This document shows positions 45,293 to 55,716 of a stretch of 64,000 nt of DNA, in pieces. Position numbers and translations under genes: made by a program. Origin of the DNA: Lachnospiraceae bacterium. Its GTDB lineage: Bacteria > Bacillota > Clostridia > Lachnospirales > Lachnospiraceae. Under the pieces are notes generated by a model. The model did no database searches, was not told the DNA's origin, and saw only the letters and a program-made list of their open reading frames with translations. Position 1 is the first letter of the stretch. Each line of letters begins with the position of its first letter. Location of the stretch: assembly GCA_045616485.1 (NCBI GenBank), contig JAZLGU010000044.1, forward strand, positions 897 through 64,896, written 5' to 3'.

Positions 45293-46318
45293 TTATCCGA
45301 GATGGGAAAGCTGAGCAGAATAGAAAGCAATCTCGTCATATCTGCCGCCCTCTTCTAAAATGATACCAAGACCTTTAACAACAGTATTGGCAGGATCTAC
45401 GCATACATGAGTAGTAAGCTCTGTATCCTGTGAAAAGAACTTGTCGAGATTTCTGATATAGGCAGAACCGCCTGCCAGGAATATACCGGTATCAATAATA
45501 TCTGCAGAAATCTCTGGCGGAGCATTCTCCAGGATAGCACGCACTGAATCAAGGATCTGATTGAGGGCGTCTTTAATAGTCTCAGTGATAAACTCTGAGT
45601 CAATCTCTACAACAATAGGAAGACCTGAAAGTACATCTTTACCACAGGCTGTAGCAGTAAGATGCTCAGGATTGCAGGCAAAAGCCAGCTGCTTTTTAAG
45701 ATTCTCTGCAGTAGCATGACCAATAATAAGATTGTACTTTTTACGTACATTATTGGTGATAGCTTCGTCTAAAGTATTGCCGCCAATAGGAATAAGTCTG
45801 GAAGAAACAATACCGCCTATGGACATAATGGAAATCTCTGTAGTATTGGCACCCATATCTACTACCATGACACCGGATGCATCCATAACTTCAAGACCTG
45901 ATCCGATAGCACATGCTACAGGCTTCTGAACGATTCTGACCTTTTTAGGCTTGGCGATACAGTTGGTAGCCAGATCAAAGTAAGCTCTCTGCTCTACTTC
46001 AGTAATATCAGTAGGTGTAGCTACTATAATCTCAGCTCCGGATACCTTGCCGTATTTTTTCTCAATCTTATAAAATGCCTCATTTAAGAGAAGAAGCATA
46101 TTCTTAATATCTGCAATAACACCATTTTTTACAGGATATGTGATATTGTAATTGTCAGGAGCCTTGCCGAACATCTCAAAAGCTTCATTACCTATAGCCA
46201 CTGCCTGTCCATTGCAGATAGCGATGAGATTCTTCTCGTCAAAAATAACTCCCTCATTTTTTTTGTATATCTTGATAGTACTGGTACCGAAATCTATGCC
46301 AAAAACCTTTGATGCCAT
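45293..46318 (-). CDS. mreB: actin-like rod shape-determining protein MreB
   Basis: GIDFGTS, VVDMGANTTE and LAGGSA actin-fold phosphate motifs; synteny with mreCD. Confidence 0.9.
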   Translation of the reverse strand: MASKVFGIDFGTSTIKIYKKNEGVIFDEKNLIAICNGQAVAIGNEAFEMFGKAPDNYNITYPVKNGVIADIKNMLLLLNEAFYKIEKKYGKVSGAEIIVATPTDITEVEQRAYFDLATNCIAKPKKVRIVQKPVACAIGSGLEVMDASGVMVVDMGANTTEISIMSIGGIVSSRLIPIGGNTLDEAITNNVRKKYNLIIGHATAENLKKQLAFACNPEHLTATACGKDVLSGLPIVVEIDSEFITETIKDALNQILDSVRAILENAPPEISADIIDTGIFLAGGSAYIRNLDKFFSQDTELTTHVCVDPANTVVKGLGIILEEGGRYDEIAFYSAQLSHLG

Positions 46319-46419
46319 ATATTAAAACCCTCCCTATAATTTCATAAAGATATCTACAAAATTATAGCATTTAACCCAAGGTATTTCAACTTAAAATCCT
46401 TAAAATAAGTGACGAAGAA

Positions 46420-47112
46420 TCAAAATTTCACCCTGTCGTTTTCCCTTAAAGAATAATAGGTATCGTACCCTAAAATAATATGGTCAAGTACAGGTATCCC
46501 CAGCATCTTTCCCAGATATACCAGCTCTGCAGTAACATCTATGTCCTTATCCGAAGGCTTGGCATCTCCGGAAGGGTGATTGTGTAAAATCACCATAGAT
46601 GCCGCTCCGGATCTTAAGGCCGCCATAAATATATCTCTAGGCTCGCATAAAGCCATCTTAACACTACCTATGGATATAATTTCTTCCTTTTTCACCTTAT
46701 TTTTCACATCTAAGAAAAGCAGCATTAAATGCTCTTTTGTCTGATATCTGAATCTTGGAAGATAGTACTCTGCTATCTCTCCCGGAGTCTTATAATGATT
46801 ACCAAAGGGCCTTTTTACATCTGTAATCCTTTTTGCTATCTCTGCTGCCGTCAGAAGCTGAATAGCCTTTACTTCGCCGATACCGGGAATTGCTTTAAGC
46901 TCCTCCTGACTACAGGATACCAGCCTTTTAAGGCCTTCTGCTCCGCAGAATTCTACTACTCTTTGAGCTATTTCATCTGCTCTGTCTTTTTTTCCTCCTG
47001 AGCGTATTAAAATAGTGAGAAGCTCCCTGTCAGACAGGGCTTGGCTTCCCACCTCTTTAAATTTGTCGAAAGGTCTGTCAGAAATCGGCAGATTTTTCAT
47101 AGTTTGTTTCAT
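46420..47112 (-). CDS. radC: RadC-family JAB-domain protein
   Basis: HhH (IPGIGEVKA) and the JAMM motif HNHPSGD. Confidence 0.9.
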   Translation of the reverse strand: MKQTMKNLPISDRPFDKFKEVGSQALSDRELLTILIRSGGKKDRADEIAQRVVEFCGAEGLKRLVSCSQEELKAIPGIGEVKAIQLLTAAEIAKRITDVKRPFGNHYKTPGEIAEYYLPRFRYQTKEHLMLLFLDVKNKVKKEEIISIGSVKMALCEPRDIFMAALRSGAASMVILHNHPSGDAKPSDKDIDVTAELVYLGKMLGIPVLDHIILGYDTYYSLRENDRVKF

Positions 47113-47164
47113 CTTTTCTCCTTCTACCCATTTCTCCCGAACAAGTTAAAGAAGAATCAATTAA

Positions 47165-48442
47165 TTAAAGTGTTACAAGGCCTTTTTCATACATTTTCTG
47201 TAATGACAGAATAACGCCAAGCTTGGCATGGTACCAGGTAAGACCTCCCTGGAAATATATAGCATAGGGCTCTTCAAGAGGGCCGTCAGCAGAAAGCTCA
47301 ATGGATGAGCCCTGAACAAAGGCACCTGCAGCCATAATAATGTCGCAGTGATAGCCGGGCATGGGTGCAGGCTCCGGCTTTACATAGCTGTCAACAGCTG
47401 CAGCAGCCTGGATACCTTCACAAAAAGCAATCATTTTCTCAGGGGATCCCAGAGTAATAGCCTGGATAATATCATGCCTGTCCTCTGTGGCATTGGGGAT
47501 ACAGGAGTATCCCAGACGCTCATAAATATTGGCTGCAAATATAGCACCCTTTTCAGCTGATGCTGCTACTGTAGGAGCTAAAAAGAGTCCCTGGAAAAAC
47601 TTTTCATTAACACCAAGTGTAGCTCCAACGTCCTTACCAACACCCGGAGCTGTAAGGCGGAAAGCGCATCTTTCTATAAGATCACGTCTGCCACAGATAT
47701 AGCCTCCAATAGGAGCAAGTCCGCCACCGGGATTCTTTATAAGAGAGCCTACTACCATATCAGCGCCTACATCAGAAGGCTCGATTTCCTCAATAAACTC
47801 GCCATAGCAGTTGTCTACCATAACGTCCACATCAGGCTTGATGCCCTTGATAAAAGCAATAAGCTCGCCTATCTGCGGCACGGAAAAGCTGGGTCTTGTA
47901 GCATAGCCTTTGGATCTTTGAATAGTCACAAGCTTTGTTTTTTCATTAATCGCTTTTCTTATATTTTCATAGTCAAAGCTGCCGTCCGGCAAAAGGTCTA
48001 CCTGTCTGTAGGAAACACCGTACTCTGCCAATGAGCCTGTCTGAGGTCTGATACCTATAACGCCTTCCAGAGTATCATAAGGCTTGCCTACAGGAGATAG
48101 GATCTCATCCCCCGGATGGGTAGCTGCAAAAAGAGCCAGGGCCAGGGCGTGGGTACCACAGGTAATCTGAGGACGTACCAGAGCATCCTCTGTATGGAAT
48201 ATGCTGGCATATACAGCTTCTAGCGCATCTCGTCCTGCATCATCATGTCCATATCCGGTAGAAGAACCAAAGTGCTCCGCAGCCACATAATTTTCCTGCA
48301 TGGCACGAATAACTTTAAGCTGATTATACTCAGCTATCTCATCAATTTTTTCAAATCTTTCCTTAAGTGAGTCCAATACTTCCAGACAGAAATCGGACAC
48401 CTTTTTGTCTATACCCATCTGGGCATATATACGGTCTAACAT
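47165..48442 (-). CDS. methionine gamma-lyase-family PLP protein (YnbB / aluminium-resistance-protein type)
   Basis: FGSSTGYGHDDAGRDALE..., TIQRSKGY (PLP Lys region), 425 aa; typical position after miaA. Confidence 0.75.
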   Translation of the reverse strand: MLDRIYAQMGIDKKVSDFCLEVLDSLKERFEKIDEIAEYNQLKVIRAMQENYVAAEHFGSSTGYGHDDAGRDALEAVYASIFHTEDALVRPQITCGTHALALALFAATHPGDEILSPVGKPYDTLEGVIGIRPQTGSLAEYGVSYRQVDLLPDGSFDYENIRKAINEKTKLVTIQRSKGYATRPSFSVPQIGELIAFIKGIKPDVDVMVDNCYGEFIEEIEPSDVGADMVVGSLIKNPGGGLAPIGGYICGRRDLIERCAFRLTAPGVGKDVGATLGVNEKFFQGLFLAPTVAASAEKGAIFAANIYERLGYSCIPNATEDRHDIIQAITLGSPEKMIAFCEGIQAAAAVDSYVKPEPAPMPGYHCDIIMAAGAFVQGSSIELSADGPLEEPYAIYFQGGLTWYHAKLGVILSLQKMYEKGLVTL

Positions 48443-48483
48443 TTCTTTCTCCTTAAAAGGCTTCTTATAAAAGCCAATCCTTA

Positions 48484-49404
48484 TTAAATAAAATCCTTGG
48501 AGATTATACCCGCAATTTCCTCATCTGACAAGAGGGATTTATCAAGCCAGATAACGTCATCCTCGTGACGCAGCCAGGTAAGCTGTCTTTTGGCAAAATG
48601 TCTGGTAGAAAGCTTAAGGGTGCAGACTGCTTCTTCGAGGCTGCATTTACCTAAAAGGAAATCTGCAATTTCTTTATATCCAAGCCCCTTCATGGCTACA
48701 CAGTCAACAGGTACCCCTCGGTCCAAAAGGCCTTTTACTTCTTCCACCAGGCCTTCCGAAAGCATAAGATCTATACGTTTTTCTATACGATCATACACTA
48801 CCTCTCTCTTATGAGTAAGGGCATAATATTTAAAATCGTAGGGTGACGATTTTTTCCTCTCCGTTTCATTATGAACAGACATTTTTTCACCGGTCTGGTA
48901 AAAATATTCCAGCGCTCTTATTACTCTTTTAATATTATTGGGATGTATGGCAAGGGCGCTATCCGGGTCAATCTCCTTGAGCTTTTCGTAATTGGAAAGG
49001 CCGCCGTCCTTTTCTGCATTTTTTTGCAGCTCATTACGAATAGTGTAGTCCTGCTCTTCCTCTTTAAAGTCTATATCATATAAAAGAGCCTGAATGTAAA
49101 AAGCAGTGCCGCCTACGATAATGGGCAGCTTCCCCCTGCTCCAGATATCATTGCAGGCAGCTTTGGCAAGATGTGCAAAAGTTGCCACATTAAACTCCTC
49201 TGTAGGCTCAAGTATATCAATAAGATGATGTTTAACGCCTTCCATTTCACATGGCTTAATCTTGGCAGTGCCGATATTCATCCCTTTGTAGACCTGCATG
49301 GAATCTGCAGATATTATTTCTCCGTTCAGTCTTTTAGCAAGCTCTATGGAAATTTGAGTTTTTCCAACAGCTGTAGGACCGGATAAAATAAGCATCCTAT
49401 TCAT
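48484..49404 (-). CDS. miaA: tRNA dimethylallyltransferase
   Basis: GPTAVGKT P-loop, DSMQVYKGMNIGTAK, VGGTAFY. Confidence 0.95.
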   Translation of the reverse strand: MNRMLILSGPTAVGKTQISIELAKRLNGEIISADSMQVYKGMNIGTAKIKPCEMEGVKHHLIDILEPTEEFNVATFAHLAKAACNDIWSRGKLPIIVGGTAFYIQALLYDIDFKEEEQDYTIRNELQKNAEKDGGLSNYEKLKEIDPDSALAIHPNNIKRVIRALEYFYQTGEKMSVHNETERKKSSPYDFKYYALTHKREVVYDRIEKRIDLMLSEGLVEEVKGLLDRGVPVDCVAMKGLGYKEIADFLLGKCSLEEAVCTLKLSTRHFAKRQLTWLRHEDDVIWLDKSLLSDEEIAGIISKDFI

Positions 49405-49406
49405 GA

Positions 49407-51371
49407 CTATACAATCCTCTTAAACATTTTATCCATCTGCTCCCTGGTATAGGAAATGGTAGTAGGTCTGCCATGAGGGCAGTGATACGGGTCCTCCAGA
49501 GTCAGCATATCTGCAATCAGCTTTCTGGCTTCAGCTTCCGGCAAAACGGTATTGCCTTTTACCGCAGCTTTACAGGATATGGTAGCTATACGGTCATTTA
49601 AAATATCAGGATTTTTATGGTCGCGATCTGACATAAGGCTGCCTATAACTTCCTTCATCATGGCATCCAGATCAATATCCACAAAATCAGCAGGAAGTCC
49701 TGTTACCTTTATATCAGAAAGACCAAATTCCTCTATTTCAAATCCCATTCGGTTAAATACCGAAATATTGTTCATAACGCACTCTGCCTCACGGATAGAA
49801 AGGCTGACAATTTTAGCCGGAAAAATGGCCTGTGTCGCAAATTCCTCTTTTTCCCGCAGTCTTTTCATAGTGCGTTCATATAATACTTTTTCATGGGCAG
49901 CATGCTGATCAATCATGAATACAGTATTGTCCATTTCTATAATCCAAAAAGTCCCCAGCACCTGTCCTACAATTCTAAATTCCTTTTCTCTCTCCTTATA
50001 CAGGTCAGAAATAAAAGACTCCTGCACCGGATTTTCTATAACAGGTGCATTTTTAAATGCCCCAAAAAGCTCAGTCTCAATTTCTTCTGCCAGTACTTTA
50101 GGCTCTGCCTGTTTAACAGGCTCTTCAATCTTTACAGGCTCTACAGGCTTAAGAGGCTCTGCAGGCTTTACTGGCTCTGCCTGTTTTACCGGCTCTTCAA
50201 CACTATATTTTTTAAGGCTGTCAGGTATGGCAACAGGTGTATTTTCAGGAGTTATAAGCTCTCTAATCGGTGTCTTCTTTACTTCAAAGGCTTCAGGCAG
50301 ATGCTTTGTATTTAATTCCTGTATCTTTTCTTTATGCTGCTCTACAGGGCTCTTGTCTTTTACTTCCTGATTGACAATCATGGTCTTACCTGCAAGAGCT
50401 TCTCTTACCGCATCATAAATAAGTCTGTAAACAGCTTCATTTTCAGTGAATCTAAGCTCCAGCTTGGAGGGATGAACATTTACATCAAGGGTATCTGACG
50501 GCATATCAAGAAAAAGAGCACATACGGGATAACAATGCCCCATCATATAGCCCTTATAGGCATCCTCTATGGCATTACGAAGAACTGCACATTTTACAAA
50601 TCTGCCATTGACAAAAAAGCCCTCCAGATTACGATTACCCCTGGAAACATAAGGCTTGGCTACAAGGCCTGTAAGCTGATAGGATCTAAGCTCATCTTTC
50701 ATCTCTACATTAAGGACTGATTTAGCCATATCCAGTCCGTAAAGCTCCATAAAAGTTTCTTTAAGCTTACCCTGACCGGCAGTATGAAGCTGTACTTTGC
50801 CGTTTACAATAAGCTTAAAAGAGATCTCCGGATGACACAGAGCCTGTTTTTCCACCATTTCGCAGACATAGCCTGCCTCAGTCCCCGGGCTCTTTAAGAA
50901 TTTTCTTCTTACAGGAGTATTGAAAAACAGGTCTTTAACAAGAAAAGTAGTGCCATCAGGGCAGCCTGCCTCTTCCATTATCTTTTCATCGCCGCCTTCA
51001 ATGACATATCTCTGCCCCATAAAAGCATCTTTTGTTTTGGTTAAAAGCTCTACTTTTGAGATGCTGGCTATGGATGATAAGGCTTCACCTCTAAAGCCCA
51101 GGCTGCTGATAGATAAAAGGTCTACAGCTGATTTAATCTTGGAAGTGGCATGCCTGTAAAAAGCTACTTTTATATCAGAAGCTTCAATACCGGATCCATT
51201 ATCTGTAACCCTTATTAAATCAATGCCACCGTTTTTTATCTCTACAGTAATGGCGCTGGCTCCTGCATCCACGGCATTCTCCACCAGCTCCTTTACTACA
51301 GACTGAGGTCTTTCTATAACCTCACCTGCGGCGATCTGATCTATTGTATTTTTATCTAGGATGTTAATCAT
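49407..51371 (-). CDS. mutL: DNA mismatch repair protein MutL
   Basis: GHKL ATPase motifs (VKELVENAVDAG, DNGSGI, GFRGEAL), a repetitive EPVK linker, and a C-terminal endonuclease region (DQHAAHEKV). Confidence 0.95.
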   Translation of the reverse strand: MINILDKNTIDQIAAGEVIERPQSVVKELVENAVDAGASAITVEIKNGGIDLIRVTDNGSGIEASDIKVAFYRHATSKIKSAVDLLSISSLGFRGEALSSIASISKVELLTKTKDAFMGQRYVIEGGDEKIMEEAGCPDGTTFLVKDLFFNTPVRRKFLKSPGTEAGYVCEMVEKQALCHPEISFKLIVNGKVQLHTAGQGKLKETFMELYGLDMAKSVLNVEMKDELRSYQLTGLVAKPYVSRGNRNLEGFFVNGRFVKCAVLRNAIEDAYKGYMMGHCYPVCALFLDMPSDTLDVNVHPSKLELRFTENEAVYRLIYDAVREALAGKTMIVNQEVKDKSPVEQHKEKIQELNTKHLPEAFEVKKTPIRELITPENTPVAIPDSLKKYSVEEPVKQAEPVKPAEPLKPVEPVKIEEPVKQAEPKVLAEEIETELFGAFKNAPVIENPVQESFISDLYKEREKEFRIVGQVLGTFWIIEMDNTVFMIDQHAAHEKVLYERTMKRLREKEEFATQAIFPAKIVSLSIREAECVMNNISVFNRMGFEIEEFGLSDIKVTGLPADFVDIDLDAMMKEVIGSLMSDRDHKNPDILNDRIATISCKAAVKGNTVLPEAEARKLIADMLTLEDPYHCPHGRPTTISYTREQMDKMFKRIV

Positions 51372-51382
51372 AAATTATCCTT

Positions 51383-54055
51383 TTATCTGCATTTCTCCTG
51401 TAATTTGTAAAGGGAATTAAGAGCATCCAAAGGAGTCATGGCCTGAACATTTATATGCAAAAGCTCATTAATGACCTGCATATATTTGGAATTATCAAAG
51501 TCTTTTGTATCCTCTATCTCTACTTCCTTAGGCTCTTCAAAAAGAGAAAGCTGTCCGTCAAAAACATCGTCCTTTTTAGGCTTTTTAGGCTCTTCAATAG
51601 TGCCCAGCTGATTGTCAAAAATCTCTCCGGCATTTATGTCATTTTTCACCAGCTCTTCTGATATTTCAGTAGCACGACGAAGCACTTCTTCAGGGAGTCC
51701 TGCCAGTCTTGCCACCTGGATACCATAGCTCTTGTCAGCTCCGCCTCTTATAATTTTTCTAAGGAATACTATAGAGTCTCCCTGCTCCTTAACGGCGATG
51801 CAGAAATTTACTACTCCTTTAAGTCGGCCCTCCAGCTCTGTAAGCTCATGATAATGTGTGGCAAAAAGGGCCTTGGCTCCCAGCTTTTTGGTATCTGCGA
51901 TGTGCTCTACTACAGCCCAGGCAATGGAAAGGCCATCATATGTGCTGGTGCCTCGTCCTATCTCGTCCAGGATAAGCAGGCTTTTCTTAGTGGCATTTTT
52001 TAGAATATTTGCCACTTCGTTCATTTCCACCATGAAAGTGGACTGACCACTGGCCAGATCATCAGATGCACCTACTCTGGTAAAAATACGATCTACTATA
52101 CCTATCTTGGCAGAGGTCGCAGGTACAAAGGATCCCAGCTGTGCCATCAGTACGATTAACGCTGTCTGTCTCATGTATGTAGACTTACCAGCCATATTGG
52201 GGCCTGTAATAACAGCTATTCTGCTATCATTGCCATCAAGGTAGGTATCATTATCAATAAAAAGGTCATTTACTATTAACTGCTCAACTACAGGATGTCT
52301 GCCGCCCTTTATGGATATAACTGAGTCATCCGTAATGGTGGGGCGTACATAATTGTTGGTGGTAGCTACTTTGGAAAGAGCGCATAAAAAGTCTGTAACA
52401 GCTATGGCTCTGGCTGAAGACTGAATACGAAGCACACATTTAGCCACTTCATCCCTAAGCTCTTCAAAAAGATTGTATTCCAATGAGAAAAGTCTGTCCT
52501 CAGAGCCTAAAATAGCTTCCTCAATTTTCTTAAGCTCTTCATTGGTATAACGCTCTGCTCCTGCCAGAGTCTGCTTTCTGATCCAGCTTTCAGGTACCAG
52601 GTCTTTAAAAGAATTTGTCACCTCAAAATAGTAGCCAAATACCCTGTTATACTTAATTTTAAGATTTTTTATGCCGGTAGCTTCCTTTTCCCTGACTTCC
52701 AGCTCCATAAGCCAGTTCTTGCCATCTGTTTTGGCCAGTCTCAGTCTGTCTACTTCTTCGTTGTAGCCGGTCTTTATTATGCCACCTTCTTTTATCTGAA
52801 TAGGCGGCTCTTCATTTACGGCATTTTCTATAAGCTCTGCCAGATCCTTAAGCTCATCTATTTCTCCGCAGGTCTTTTTTATAAGCCCGGACTTCATTTC
52901 AGATAAAAGACTCTTGATAAAGGGGAGCATTTTTAATGAAGTGGCCAGAGCTATCATATCTCTGGGATTGGCTGTGCGGTAGGAAATCTTACTCATAAGC
53001 CTTTCCAGATCATAAATGGCATCCAGATACTCTCTAAGCTCTTCCCTTATCATGGCATTATTATTAAGATTTTCAATGGCATCTAAACGCTCATTAATCT
53101 CGCTTTTCTTAATAAGCGGCTGCTCTATATAGTTCTTAAGGAGTCTGGCTCCCATAGCTGTTTTGGTTTTATCCAGGACTCCGAAAAGTGAACCTTTTTT
53201 CAGCTTTTCACGCATAGTCTCAGTAAGCTCCAGATTGCGTCTGGTAGATGCATCAATAATCATGAAGCGGCCTACAGAGTATGTCTCCACTCTTGTAATA
53301 TGTAAAAGTGAATTTTTCTGAGTATCAAAAAGGTACTTAAGTAAAGCACCTGATGCAAGCTTAGCCATGGAAGTCTTAATACCAAGATCCACTGAGCTTT
53401 GATTAAAGTGTCCGCTTATCTCCTGCTCACATATCTCGTCATCAAATATATAATCTTCCAAAACAGATATGAATATATTCATTTTGGACTTTAATTCGTC
53501 TAAATTAAGGCCGGATACTATACAGGATGAATTACATATTATCTCAGAGGGAGCAAATTTCACTATCTCATCCATACATAGGGGCAGGCTGTCTACTTCT
53601 GTTACCAGGAAATCACCTGTAGCCACATCTGTAGTAGCTATACCGAATTTGCCATCCACAAAAGCAATGCAGGTAAGATAATTGTGAGCACTTAAATCTT
53701 CGTTTTTTGAAGAAGTATTAGTACCCGGAGTTACGATTCTGGTAACTTCCCTTTTTACCAGGCCCTTTGCCTGCTTTGGATCCTCTACCTGTTCACATAT
53801 TGCCACTTTATATCCCAGTGATACCAGCTTGTCCAGGTAGGTATCTACTGCATGAAAAGGAATGCCACACATAGGGGCTCTTTCTTCCAGGCCACACATT
53901 TTACCTGTAAGAGTCAGCTCCAGCTCTCTGGAAGCCACCTTGGCATCTTCAAAAAACATTTCATAAAAGTCGCCCAGCCTGTAGAAAAGGATACAGTCCT
54001 TGTACTGTTCCTTTGTCTCCATATACTTTTCCATCATTGGCGATAATTCACCCAT
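51383..54055 (-). CDS. mutS: DNA mismatch repair protein MutS
   Basis: N-terminal mismatch-binding domain (TPMM.KY...K.....ILFYRLGDFYEMF); GPNMAGKSTYMRQ; DEIGRGTSTYDG. Confidence 0.95.
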   Translation of the reverse strand: MGELSPMMEKYMETKEQYKDCILFYRLGDFYEMFFEDAKVASRELELTLTGKMCGLEERAPMCGIPFHAVDTYLDKLVSLGYKVAICEQVEDPKQAKGLVKREVTRIVTPGTNTSSKNEDLSAHNYLTCIAFVDGKFGIATTDVATGDFLVTEVDSLPLCMDEIVKFAPSEIICNSSCIVSGLNLDELKSKMNIFISVLEDYIFDDEICEQEISGHFNQSSVDLGIKTSMAKLASGALLKYLFDTQKNSLLHITRVETYSVGRFMIIDASTRRNLELTETMREKLKKGSLFGVLDKTKTAMGARLLKNYIEQPLIKKSEINERLDAIENLNNNAMIREELREYLDAIYDLERLMSKISYRTANPRDMIALATSLKMLPFIKSLLSEMKSGLIKKTCGEIDELKDLAELIENAVNEEPPIQIKEGGIIKTGYNEEVDRLRLAKTDGKNWLMELEVREKEATGIKNLKIKYNRVFGYYFEVTNSFKDLVPESWIRKQTLAGAERYTNEELKKIEEAILGSEDRLFSLEYNLFEELRDEVAKCVLRIQSSARAIAVTDFLCALSKVATTNNYVRPTITDDSVISIKGGRHPVVEQLIVNDLFIDNDTYLDGNDSRIAVITGPNMAGKSTYMRQTALIVLMAQLGSFVPATSAKIGIVDRIFTRVGASDDLASGQSTFMVEMNEVANILKNATKKSLLILDEIGRGTSTYDGLSIAWAVVEHIADTKKLGAKALFATHYHELTELEGRLKGVVNFCIAVKEQGDSIVFLRKIIRGGADKSYGIQVARLAGLPEEVLRRATEISEELVKNDINAGEIFDNQLGTIEEPKKPKKDDVFDGQLSLFEEPKEVEIEDTKDFDNSKYMQVINELLHINVQAMTPLDALNSLYKLQEKCR

Positions 54056-54064
54056 TGTTAACTC

Positions 54065-55696
54065 CTACTTCCTCATGGCATTAGCTTCCGCATTTCTTGT
54101 AATTTCTTCGCTAAAGCCATATTTTTTCAAAAGTCTTATAGCATTACCGGAGTCTGAAGGACCTGGTAAAAGCTTATAAGTAAATACAATATCATCCCCG
54201 GATATATCTTCGGTAAAATGGTAATTGTCGTATAAATCTGCACATTTCTCGCAAAGCTCAATATCGTGAGATGCAGCAAAAATAAGCTTATTGCTGTCGG
54301 CAAAGGCTGATAAAACTGCTATGTTTGCTGCGATTCTTTCAACTGTGTTGGTCCCCTTAAACAGCTCGTCCGTAAAGCCTATAACAGGTATAGCTACATC
54401 CTCATCAAGGATACGCTTTACTGATTTAATTTCTGCAATGTAGTAGCTGTCACCTGTTATAATATTGTCCTTTACAGCCATGGAAGTAAGGACCTTACAG
54501 TAGGATGCTCTAAAGCTTTTTGCCGTACAGGTATGAATAGTCTGGGCATAATAGAGATTTATGGCTACTTCCTTAAGAAATGTGGACTTACCTGATGCGT
54601 TGGAGCCGGTAATAAGCATACCCTTATGAACATTAATGTCCTGACTTACAGGCTGCTCCAAAAGAGGATGATATAATTCATCTGCTTCCACAAAAGGCTT
54701 GTCAGACACTACAAGCTCAGGCTGACAGTAAAAGGGCAGATTCTCTCTATAGGCAGTAATGCTTATCATGGAATCAATATATCCTGCTGTCTCATAAAGC
54801 ATAAATATATCATCCAAACATTTTTTTGCATTATTCAGGGAAAGATTAAAGAGAATAAGGTCTATATGCAAAATCATATTAAAATAATCCAGCACCATCG
54901 TTAGCATATCTCCTGAAAAAGAGATACGTACAAAGCCCATACATTTTCTGAAGGTGGTAGTGGCCTTTAATGACTTTCTGATATCCTCATTTTCTTCCGA
55001 AAGAATATTCAGATTCATGGCCGCAATTTTTTCAGTAGCTTCGCACATGTTGGCCGCCTGGGAAAAGGCAGTCATATAGTCTCTCACCTGGCTTTTTCGC
55101 ATATAATAAGTAATTACGTTAACAAAAAGAAAGATGACGCTAAGGGCCACGCCATATTTAATGCTAAAAGGAATAAGCACTATAGATGCTATTATACCAA
55201 GAGCGCAGAAAACATGTAAAAAGGTGGAATCCTTCTTCATCTCGTCAATTTTTGAAAGAGATGCATACATGGAAGCATATTTATTCTTTTTTATATGCAT
55301 AAGCTGGTACTGAAGCTCGGTACGGATATCGGCCTTTTCCTTGAAGAAGCCAAAGAGACCTTCTCTTTTTTCCAGTTCAGTCTTATCAAAAACAGGCCTC
55401 CGAAGGAGGGAGTAAAGGTACTCTTCTCCGGGGGCCGAGGTAGTATGATTTATACGATTGTAAAGGTCGTAAAAATTAATATCATTGGCTGTAATATCAT
55501 CCATTAAAGCACCGCTTATGCTTTCGGAGAATATCGCCACTCTGTCCAGCTCTTCAGAAGTTTTTTTATACTCACAAGGCTTTGCGAAGTCCTGTAGGAG
55601 CTTCGCTTTCGCCTTTTTCTTGTCATTTACTCTGTCATAAACCGCTTTTATCAGCAGGAAAACCATTCCTGCGATTAAAAGGTATACTAACCACAT
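54065..55696 (-). CDS. membrane-anchored MutS-family ATPase (domain V only; no mismatch-binding or Smr domain)
   Basis: N-terminal and internal hydrophobic helices. ITGSNASGKSTFLK (Walker A) and FTDELFKGTNTVER (Walker B). It ends 9 nt upstream of mutS. Confidence 0.75.
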   Translation of the reverse strand: MWLVYLLIAGMVFLLIKAVYDRVNDKKKAKAKLLQDFAKPCEYKKTSEELDRVAIFSESISGALMDDITANDINFYDLYNRINHTTSAPGEEYLYSLLRRPVFDKTELEKREGLFGFFKEKADIRTELQYQLMHIKKNKYASMYASLSKIDEMKKDSTFLHVFCALGIIASIVLIPFSIKYGVALSVIFLFVNVITYYMRKSQVRDYMTAFSQAANMCEATEKIAAMNLNILSEENEDIRKSLKATTTFRKCMGFVRISFSGDMLTMVLDYFNMILHIDLILFNLSLNNAKKCLDDIFMLYETAGYIDSMISITAYRENLPFYCQPELVVSDKPFVEADELYHPLLEQPVSQDINVHKGMLITGSNASGKSTFLKEVAINLYYAQTIHTCTAKSFRASYCKVLTSMAVKDNIITGDSYYIAEIKSVKRILDEDVAIPVIGFTDELFKGTNTVERIAANIAVLSAFADSNKLIFAASHDIELCEKCADLYDNYHFTEDISGDDIVFTYKLLPGPSDSGNAIRLLKKYGFSEEITRNAEANAMRK

Positions 55697-55716
55697 ATCT
55701 AATCCCCTTTTATAAA

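Noticed and set aside
48443-48483. Absence of hfq downstream of miaA
   Set aside because: Only 41 nt separate miaA from the YnbB-like gene, so hfq is not here. However, hfq location and presence vary among Clostridia, so nothing can be concluded from this window alone.
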